Assembly (NCBI GenBank): GCA_041690395.1
Contig: JAWLHJ010000002.1
Coordinates: 1 to 64,000, forward strand
Direction of reading: 5' to 3'
Length of the DNA stretch: 64,000 nt
Origin: Longimicrobiales bacterium
GTDB lineage: Bacteria > Gemmatimonadota > Gemmatimonadetes > Longimicrobiales > Gaopeijiaceae
Below are positions 19,517 to 26,478 of the stretch, piece by piece. The notes below the pieces were generated by a model. The model saw only the letters and a program-made list of their open reading frames with translations. It was not told where the DNA came from and did no database searches. Made by a program: the position numbers and the translations under genes. Each line of letters begins with the position of its first letter. Position 1 is the first letter of the stretch.

Positions 19517-21454
19517 TCACCCGCCCGGTCGGGCCCACCCCCCCACTTGAACGGACAATCGCCATCCGGACGAGCCGCGCGCGAGGCTGACGGCGCCCTC
19601 CCGGGATCCGATTCCCAGGAAGAGCCCGCCGCCGACGTCGACGAATGTGCCGCTCCCTTCCCCCGCCCCACGACGCCGTGCGTGGGCCGCGTCGACGAAG
19701 AGCGCGGCACCGATCCGGAAGGGTCCGACGCCTCGGAAGAACCGGTGCTCCACCGTGCCGTACAGCAGCTCGCGCCCCAGCGACGGCCCCTCGATGACGC
19801 CGTCCTCGACCAGGCCGTGCGCTCGCAGCAGAGGAGTACGCACGCGGCCGGCGCCGGCTCCGGGCCAGAGCGTCCGGGGCGCCTCGGCCGAGGCCGCGGT
19901 CGCTCCTCCACGGAGCCGCCACTCCCGCCGGGTGCCCTGCGGCACGTCGGCACCCGCCTCGATGCCCGCGCGGCCGAACGAGCGTCCCGCGCCGTTCCAA
20001 CCTGCGCCCCCGAGCGTGAGCCACGACCGATCGTCCTCGGCGGCCCAGCGCGCGGTCAGCGCCAGGTTGCCGAGCCGGGCCGGCTCGGCCGACGCGTCCG
20101 GGTCGAGCCCCCAGTCCGAGACCCTCCAGGACTCGAGCCCAAGGGTAGCCCCGAGCCGGAGGCGGGGGTGGACCCATTCCTCGATCCCCAGGAAACCGCG
20201 CGAGCGCTTCTCGGTCAGGATCTCCCGGGGCGCGTCCGTGCTCGGCGACGCTTGGCCGAACCGCTCTCGGCGCCACTCCATGCCCACCGTGGCGACGCCG
20301 GGCAGCGGAGGGGCCGGGGCCGACATGGACCAGCCGAGGTATCGCTGAGCGGAGGCCCAGCTTCCCGTCACACGCCATCGGTCACCGCCCGCGACGAGCG
20401 GACCGACCTCCAGCGCCGCCCGCTCGTTGGCCAGGCCACGCGCGCCCTGAGCGGCCAGACCGCGGAGGCCGGGCGCGCGGCTCCGCTCGACCACCGACGC
20501 CTGTACCTCCACTGTGCCGTCTGGCAGGGGCCGGTACGCGATCCGCGAGGCCTCGACCGCGGGTAGCTGCTCGAGACGTCGGCGCGCCAGTCCGAGCGAC
20601 CGGGGCGTCAGCACCCGGCCGTGCTCGATCGACATGCGGTCGGCCGCAACGTGATAGCGCGTCGCGGCGAGTCCGTCGATACGGACGAGATCGACGACCG
20701 GTTCCCCCAGCGCGTTCCACTCCGCGAGGGCGCGCTCGGGCCGGCCGTCGAGGAACCACGACGTGGCCAGGACGCGCCGGCCGAGCCGGGCCTCGACGCC
20801 CTCCTGCTGCACGAGCGCTCCGGCGGCCGAACGCGCGCCCGCAGGGTCGTCGTTCCTTAGGCGCTCGAGGGCTTCGGCGAGCGCGGGGGTAGGGCTGGGC
20901 GGACGCGCCGCACCGGCGCCCGCAGGCGCTCGGGCCGGATCGCCCCGGTCAGGAACGCTCGCGTCGGTTCCGGCGGCCGGCACCGCCAGCAACGCCCAAC
21001 CGTCCGAGGCGGCCCACCGTCGAGCCAGGGACTCCAGCGACACCCGCCGCCGCGGTCCGAAGTTCGGATCGTGGATCCAGGCGTCGCGGTCGTCGATGTC
21101 CACGAGCACCACGTAGTGCAGGCGAGTCGCACCCGACTCAAGGAGGAGGATCGGAGGCACGCCGCGGTCGAGCGCGGCGAACACCCGTGTGGGATCACCG
21201 GTGACGACCTCCACATCGTACCCGCGATCCCGCATCGTGGACGTCAGCTCCAAGGCCCGGATGCCCCCCTCGGACTCGCGCACGAGGTGCCCGAAGTCCT
21301 CGCCGTAGACGCCGCGCGCGCCCCAGAACCGCTCGACCATCGCCGCCGCGGCCCCTCCGCACAGGAGCGGCCCCTGGGCCACGAACGGCACGTCGACCCC
21401 GGCCGTCACCATGCCCGGCAGGGCCGCGAGCATGGCGACGATGCCGGCCCACAT
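19517..21454 (-). CDS. Fusion protein: signal peptide, C39-like cysteine peptidase, TPR-like helices, POTRA, Omp85-like beta-barrel
   Basis: VPFVAQ(27)GPLLC(32)GGAAAAM...H(113)YVV...IHD(129)P; POTRA-like VRIDGL..TR......GRVLT...L..ARRRLEQLPAV......DGTVEVQASVVER; barrel-like LLRAH, GTVEHRF, GAALFVDAA, VDVGGGL. Confidence 0.75.
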   Translation of the reverse strand: MWAGIVAMLAALPGMVTAGVDVPFVAQGPLLCGGAAAAMVERFWGARGVYGEDFGHLVRESEGGIRALELTSTMRDRGYDVEVVTGDPTRVFAALDRGVPPILLLESGATRLHYVVLVDIDDRDAWIHDPNFGPRRRVSLESLARRWAASDGWALLAVPAAGTDASVPDRGDPARAPAGAGAARPPSPTPALAEALERLRNDDPAGARSAAGALVQQEGVEARLGRRVLATSWFLDGRPERALAEWNALGEPVVDLVRIDGLAATRYHVAADRMSIEHGRVLTPRSLGLARRRLEQLPAVEASRIAYRPLPDGTVEVQASVVERSRAPGLRGLAAQGARGLANERAALEVGPLVAGGDRWRVTGSWASAQRYLGWSMSAPAPPLPGVATVGMEWRRERFGQASPSTDAPREILTEKRSRGFLGIEEWVHPRLRLGATLGLESWRVSDWGLDPDASAEPARLGNLALTARWAAEDDRSWLTLGGAGWNGAGRSFGRAGIEAGADVPQGTRREWRLRGGATAASAEAPRTLWPGAGAGRVRTPLLRAHGLVEDGVIEGPSLGRELLYGTVEHRFFRGVGPFRIGAALFVDAAHARRRGAGEGSGTFVDVGGGLFLGIGSREGAVSLARGSSGWRLSVQVGGWARPGG

Positions 21455-21834
21455 CAGGTCACGAGAATCAGGAGCAGGAGGATGATGATGACCGTCGTCG
21501 TCGAGATCACGATCGTGTTGCCTCCGACCAGATCCCCTTCCTGATCGACGTTCGTCACCTGCCGAGCGAGGTCGCCCACGGCGTCGTCGTCGAGCGTGCC
21601 CACACGAGCCTCGAGGCGCTCCCGGTCCAGACCGGACTCCGCTATGGCTTCCTGCACGTCGATCCGGTCGAGGAAGTCCCGCACCACCTCACGGTCCCGG
21701 TCCACGGCCGAAGGCTCGGCGACCATCATCCGAAGCTCGTCCTCGAGGTCGGGCGTCGAAGTCTCCTGGGCCTGGAGGTCTCCACCGAGGACGAGGGACA
21801 GGGTAAGGGCAAGAACTGGGGAAAGCGCTCTCAT
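21454..21834 (-). CDS. PA2779-like small secreted protein with C-terminal GG plus hydrophobic tail
   Basis: GGAGG RBS; signal peptide (LQA/Q); DREVVRDFLDRIDVQEA...G.D...LEARVGTLDD..V..LA.Q; ends LVGG-NTIVISTTTVIIILLLLILVT. TGATG overlap with the C39 gene. Confidence 0.75.
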   Translation of the reverse strand: MRALSPVLALTLSLVLGGDLQAQETSTPDLEDELRMMVAEPSAVDRDREVVRDFLDRIDVQEAIAESGLDRERLEARVGTLDDDAVGDLARQVTNVDQEGDLVGGNTIVISTTTVIIILLLLILVT

Positions 21835-22043
21835 GCGGATACCTCCGGTGCGTGGATCGGTCATGTAAACGATATCAGAGGGGATCGGGGCGCAACTCTC
21901 CCGGTCCGGAATCCTCCGCGGACCTTGAGTTCGAGTCCGTCGGCGCACACAATGGGCCGACCTGCCACGACCTTCCGCTCGACCCCACGGAGAATCCCAT
22001 CCCAAGAGCCACCCCAGAGTGGAACCGTTCCTCCCTCTCGTCG

Positions 22044-22694
22044 ATGCCGAACGGCCGGTCCGCGCCCGCGAGCTGGGGCTCCGCCTCGGTCCTCTCCCTC
22101 CTGCTCGCCAACCTGGTGCCGCTCGTCGGCGTACTCGCATTCGGCTGGGACCTCGGCGCGATCATGTTGCTCTTCTGGGCCGAGAGCGGGATCATCGGCT
22201 TCTACGCCCTACTGCGGCTAGGTTACGTGGCAGGGTGGAGCGCCGTCTTCCTCGGGCCGTTCTTCCTCGTCCACTTCGGTGGGTTCATGGTGGGGCATCT
22301 GCTCTTCATCTACACCCTCTTCATCCAGGGGATGAACGCGGACGGGACGATCGCAGCAGGAGGGGACGCGGGCTTGATGGAGAGCCTGAGCACCGTCTTC
22401 GGTCCCCTCTACCCGGCCCTCCTCGCCCTCTTCCTGAGCCACGGGATCTCCTTCTTCACCAACTTCCTCCGACGACGCGAGTACGCGGGGCGGGATCCGG
22501 CGGAGCAGATGAAGGAGCCGTACAAGCGGATCGTGGTCATGCACGTCTCGATCATCTTCGGTGGCTGGTTCATTCTCACCCTGGGAGCGCCGGTCTGGGC
22601 CCTGCTCCTGCTGGTGGGACTGAAGACGGGGGTCGACGTGGTCGCGCATCGGAAGGAGCACCGAGGCGCGCTGAACGGAACGAGCGGAGGCTGA
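22044..22694 (+). CDS. DUF6498-like membrane protein
   Basis: LLLANLVPLVGVLAFGWD...LLFWAES, FFLVHFGGFMVGH, LFLSHGISF, PYKRIVVMHVSII, LKTGVD...H.KEH. Confidence 0.8.
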   Translation: MPNGRSAPASWGSASVLSLLLANLVPLVGVLAFGWDLGAIMLLFWAESGIIGFYALLRLGYVAGWSAVFLGPFFLVHFGGFMVGHLLFIYTLFIQGMNADGTIAAGGDAGLMESLSTVFGPLYPALLALFLSHGISFFTNFLRRREYAGRDPAEQMKEPYKRIVVMHVSIIFGGWFILTLGAPVWALLLLVGLKTGVDVVAHRKEHRGALNGTSGG

Positions 22695-22706
22695 GGAGAC
22701 GGCGCC

Positions 22707-23069
22707 ATGCGGCTACTCGACGCGTTCTTCACACTCGCCGTGCCGTTCATCGTCGTCTGCGTCGTCGTGGCCGTCGTCGTCCGGTCCTACGCCGAGAGGC
22801 GGAGGATCTACGAGGGCACGGAGGGCGAAGCGCGGCGGGACGCCATCAACGAGAAGTTCCGCACGAACAGGGGCGCCGTCGTCATAGGCGTGATCTTCGC
22901 CATGCTGTGGGGCGTGACGGTGGCGGGCCTCGTCCAGGAGTCGGGCGCGGTCGCCTTCACGTTCGTGGTCTCCGCCCTCCTACTCATCCCCTTCTTCACC
23001 GTCTGCGTCGGCGTGATCATGCTGTACACGCTCGCGGTCCACGCGTGGGCCAGCTACAAGAACCGGTAG
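22707..23069 (+). CDS. Hypothetical membrane protein (3 TM)
   Basis: GAGGAG RBS; three hydrophobic segments; host-like codon usage. Confidence 0.7.
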   Translation: MRLLDAFFTLAVPFIVVCVVVAVVVRSYAERRRIYEGTEGEARRDAINEKFRTNRGAVVIGVIFAMLWGVTVAGLVQESGAVAFTFVVSALLLIPFFTVCVGVIMLYTLAVHAWASYKNR

Positions 23070-23094
23070 CGAGCTCCGCGCCGTTCCACTCCAT

Positions 23095-23439
23095 TCAGAG
23101 CACGCAGTCGGTCCAGTCCAGCCCGATATGGATCAGGAGTCCGAGACCGATCAGATGCAGCACGCGCGGCGCCGGCTTCAGAGCCTGATCGTCGCTGCCC
23201 CGCCCGACGAGGAGAGGGAGCGCGAACAGCGCGACGTAGATCAGGATGGCGGGCGCGGTGTGCATCGGATGGAAGCCGATGGAGCACCGCTCCGGATCGT
23301 AAATCGGATCCGCCAACAGGTGGTCCGCGTCGACGAGCATGGTCGAGATCATGATCAGCGTCGCATTGCGCCAGCGGCCGCGATAGAACGCGAGGGCCAC
23401 CAGGAGCGGGACGACGAAATGCAGGGCGATGTGGATCAT
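23095..23439 (-). CDS. DUF6122 family membrane protein
   Basis: HIALHFVVP...TMLVDADHLLADPIYDPERCSIGFHPMHT...GLLIHIGLDWTDC. Confidence 0.85.
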   Translation of the reverse strand: MIHIALHFVVPLLVALAFYRGRWRNATLIMISTMLVDADHLLADPIYDPERCSIGFHPMHTAPAILIYVALFALPLLVGRGSDDQALKPAPRVLHLIGLGLLIHIGLDWTDCVL

Positions 23440-23442
23440 GGG

Positions 23443-24048
23443 CTACGTGAGCTTACCGTCCTCCCTGAGCGGAAGATGGAACCGCTCTCGGATCCACTCC
23501 GCGACGGCGACGGGCTCGAGGTGCGTGTTGTCGATCCTGAGATATGCGTCGAACGGGAAGTCCCCACCCGAATCGAGCCGATACGTCGAGTCCGCGGCCA
23601 GCAGACGCGCCCGGGAAGCGGCGACGTCCCGCTTCGAGGGCTTGGCGGACAGCCGAAGTTCCGACTCGTTTCGAGCGATCCGGGTCTCGATCGATGCATG
23701 GAGCTCGACGAACACAGCGCGCCCGCCTTCCGCCTCGAACACAGCCTTCTGCTTCTCGACGAATCGCAGGTCGCTCTCGATGTCGAACGCCCACATCATG
23801 GTGAAGATCAGCCCTGGGAGTTCGCTGCGAGCGGCTTCCTCGAACACGTGATCGCGAAACCGCGCGACGAGTCGGTTGAACGGAGGCGTCCCGTACTCGA
23901 ACACGGGCAGCACGGCCTCGATGGAGACGTGGTTGTGAAAGAGCGGGAGACCGGTGAGTCGGCTCAGCTCGAGCCCCACCGTCATCTTGCCGACGGCCGG
24001 AGGTCCGAAGAGCCAGACGAGCGTCTTGTCTTCCCGTGGTGCAGCCAA
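23443..24048 (-). CDS. P-loop nucleotide/shikimate kinase-like (AAA_18/33) protein
   Basis: Walker A GPPAVGKMT; LFHNH, GLIFT..WAFD, R....RL.AKPSKRD. Likely TTG start after AGGAGG. Confidence 0.85.
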   Translation of the reverse strand: MAAPREDKTLVWLFGPPAVGKMTVGLELSRLTGLPLFHNHVSIEAVLPVFEYGTPPFNRLVARFRDHVFEEAARSELPGLIFTMMWAFDIESDLRFVEKQKAVFEAEGGRAVFVELHASIETRIARNESELRLSAKPSKRDVAASRARLLAADSTYRLDSGGDFPFDAYLRIDNTHLEPVAVAEWIRERFHLPLREDGKLT

Positions 24049-24108
24049 GGCCTGCCTCCTCGTTGGAGCTCGTGAAGGAGTGCCTCGCACTCCGACGCCG
24101 CGAGTGAG

Positions 24109-24771
24109 TCATGCCACTTCCCGCCCCTGGTGCCGTAGGACGACATGCGTAGCCTTCTGCGAGGCCACGAACTGAACGCACTCGTATCCCAAGGCCCGCA
24201 CGTCGATCCCTTCGAACAGCCGTTCTCCCCGGCCGAGCAGAACCGGCGCGATCGCGAAGTGGAGCTCATCGATGAGGCCCGCGCGAAGATACTGCTGGAT
24301 CGTGCTCGGGCCACCACCGATCCGCACGTCCATTCCGGCCGCGGCCTCGCGGGCACGGTCGAGCGCCTCGTGAATGCCCCCCGTAACGAAATGGAATGTA
24401 GTGCCGCCTTCCATCTCGATAGGCGGACGAGGGTAATGCGTCAAGATGAAGACCGGAACGTGATACGGTGGATCGTCGCCCCACCACCCTTTCCAGGTCA
24501 GGTCCGGCCAGTCCCCACGAACGGGGCCGAACATGTTCCGCCCCAGAATCCAGGCCCCGACGTTCTGAAACCCACGAGCGGCGAAGTCATCGTCGACCCC
24601 CGTGGTACCGCCGTCCTTGCCGAACAGAGCCCGCTGGAACGTGCGTGTCGGGAACGCCCACTCATGTAGCTCCGTCCCGCCGATGCCGAGTGGATTGTCG
24701 ATGTCCTGGTTCGGACCTGCTCCATAGCCGTCGAGCGATATCGTGAAGCTCTCGACGCGGACTCGTGTCAT
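24109..24771 (-). CDS. Dihydrofolate reductase / RibD C-terminal family protein
   Basis: ISLDGYGAGP, GAWILGRNMFGP, WWGDDPPYHVPVFILTH, IGGGPSTIQQYLRAGLIDELH, PVLLGRGERLF. Confidence 0.92.
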   Translation of the reverse strand: MTRVRVESFTISLDGYGAGPNQDIDNPLGIGGTELHEWAFPTRTFQRALFGKDGGTTGVDDDFAARGFQNVGAWILGRNMFGPVRGDWPDLTWKGWWGDDPPYHVPVFILTHYPRPPIEMEGGTTFHFVTGGIHEALDRAREAAAGMDVRIGGGPSTIQQYLRAGLIDELHFAIAPVLLGRGERLFEGIDVRALGYECVQFVASQKATHVVLRHQGREVA

Positions 24772-24887
24772 GCTTGCCTCGGTTCAGGTGTCCAACGGTT
24801 TGACCTCGAGGGGTCGATTCTCCCTGTATCGTCGAAGGAGCCACCTCGGAATCGACATGTCGATCCGGAGCGCGAGCTTCCCAGGAG

Positions 24888-25075
24888 TCAATGGCCGTAA
24901 CTGAGCACCCGCGTGATCTTCCAGCCGTCGCCCGTCCGATGCCAGACATGCGTGAAGCCGAAGACGCCGCAGTCGTCGATGCCGTTCTCCTCGTGGCAGA
25001 ACTCGTGCTCCCCGATCTGGATCGCCCCGTAGCCTGGTACTGCATGAACCTCGAGTGTATTCCTGAGGAGTTGTG
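24888..25075 (-). pseudogene. 5'-truncated DUF4440 / NTF2-like gene remnant
   Basis: Only the C-terminal half is recognisable (TLEVHAVPGYGAIQIGEHEFCHEENGIDDCGVFGFTHVWHRTGDGWKITRVLSYGH). The upstream frame is non-homologous and runs into the divergent alaX gene. Confidence 0.6.
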
Positions 25076-25162
25076 CCACGCCTTGGCCCGCCCCATCCCG
25101 CAGGGGCAGCGTTCGCCCACCGCTCGTCCCGACTGGAACAGCGCACATGATCCCGATCCGCG

Positions 25163-26368
25163 ATGAGTGATCTGCCGGAGCGTCTCCCCTCCTACGAGCG
25201 GGAGCCCCGACTTTGCCGTCTCGACGCGGATGTGGTGTCATCCGGCGAGCACGACGGACGCCCATATGTCGTGTTGTCGGACACGGTCCTCTACCCCGAG
25301 GGCGGCGGGCAGCCGGCCGACCACGGCTGCGTGGACGGGATTCCCGTAATCGACGTTCGGAAGCTGCCCGGTGACGAGATCGTCCACATGCTCGACGGTA
25401 CGCCTCCGTCGGGTCGCGTCACGGTCGAGCTCGACTGGGATCGGCGCTTCGACCACATGCAACAGCACACGGGTCAGCATCTTCTCACGGCGGTCGCCGA
25501 AGATCGGTTCGGGTGGCGTACCACCTCCTTCCACCTGGGCGAGCGCGTCTCGGACGTCGAGCTCGACGCGCCGGAGATCTCTCCCGCCCGCCTCTCCGAG
25601 TTGGAGGAGGCGGTGGCGCGGGAGATCCGGGCGGCCCGCCCGGTCACGGTGAGACGCGTGACGCGAGAGGAGTACGACGGGATGGCGGTCCGTTCCCGTG
25701 GACTTCCGGAAGGTCACACGGGCAGCATCCGGCTGGTGGAGATCGACGGCATCGACCTGAACACCTGCGGGGGCACGCATTGCGCATCGACGTCGGAGTT
25801 GGAGACCGTCAAGCTCCTGCGCACCGAGTCCCTCCGCGGTGGAACGCGCGTCTCCTATGTCGCCGGGGGGCGGGTGCGACGGCTGCTCGGCTCGCATCAC
25901 GTTCGGACCGCGAAGCTCCGTGCCCTCCTGGGCGTCTCGGACGAAGAGCTGGTGAGCGCGACGGAGTCGAGGCTCCAGCAGATGAAGGACGCTGACCGCA
26001 TGGTTCGGGATCTGGAGGCCCAGCTGGCGACGAGCGCGGCCGATGGCCTGGCCCATCGAAGTGATCCCGTCCTGGTGGCTCATTGGCCGTCCCGGGATCT
26101 CCCCTTCCTTCAGCAGGTGGCACGGGAAGTGGGAGTGCTGGCTCCCGAGCGTGCGGTGTTCCTCACCGCCGGGGAGGGCGAGGAGGGTGCCTTTCTCGTG
26201 GCGGCGGGCCCCGACGCCGAGGTCGACGTCACGGCTGCCGGTCGGGCGGTCGCGGAGATCCTGGCCGGACGAGGAGGCGGCTCGGGGAGGATCTTCCAGG
26301 GCCGAGCCACGCGGCTGTCGTTGCGGGGCGAGGCTTCGGCGGCGTTACGGCAACTCGTTCGGAGCTGA
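25163..26368 (+). CDS. alaX: Alanyl-tRNA editing protein (AlaX-L type, with DHHA1 domain)
   Basis: TVLYPEGGGQPADHG, RRFDHMQQHTGQHLL, IDLNTCGGTHC, C-terminal GRGGGSGRIFQG. Confidence 0.88.
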   Translation: MSDLPERLPSYEREPRLCRLDADVVSSGEHDGRPYVVLSDTVLYPEGGGQPADHGCVDGIPVIDVRKLPGDEIVHMLDGTPPSGRVTVELDWDRRFDHMQQHTGQHLLTAVAEDRFGWRTTSFHLGERVSDVELDAPEISPARLSELEEAVAREIRAARPVTVRRVTREEYDGMAVRSRGLPEGHTGSIRLVEIDGIDLNTCGGTHCASTSELETVKLLRTESLRGGTRVSYVAGGRVRRLLGSHHVRTAKLRALLGVSDEELVSATESRLQQMKDADRMVRDLEAQLATSAADGLAHRSDPVLVAHWPSRDLPFLQQVAREVGVLAPERAVFLTAGEGEEGAFLVAAGPDAEVDVTAAGRAVAEILAGRGGGSGRIFQGRATRLSLRGEASAALRQLVRS

Positions 26369-26459
26369 AGCACCCGAGCCGGGATAAAGCCGAGCAGGCT
26401 ACCGCGCACAGCGAGCTCCGTACGAGACGTCCCATCCAGACATCTGGCGCCCTCCGACT

Positions 26460-26475
26460 TTCGGCTTATCTTCGG
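26460..26475 (+). promoter_or_regulatory. Direct repeat TTCGG-N6-TTCGG overlapping a TATCTT -10 box; candidate SOS operator of dnaE2
   Basis: TTCGG at 26460 and 26471; TATCTT at 26467-26472; ATG at 26479 with no Shine-Dalgarno. Confidence 0.45.
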
Positions 26476-26478
26476 TAC

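Noticed and set aside
24790..24796. GTTGGAC (GTTRRRY) on the minus strand just upstream of the RibD-like gene, suggesting an integron cassette
   Set aside because: No matching RYYYAAC or attC stem follows the upstream gene or this gene. A single 7-mer is expected by chance.
26083..26478. N-terminal extension of dnaE2 given by the ORF track (and similar extensions on the YcbB-like, gltA, carboxyltransferase, ilvA and PA2779-like ORFs)
   Set aside because: The extensions overlap upstream genes, the tRNA or intergenic DNA and are non-homologous. Downstream starts match family N-termini, RBSs or stop-start overlaps.
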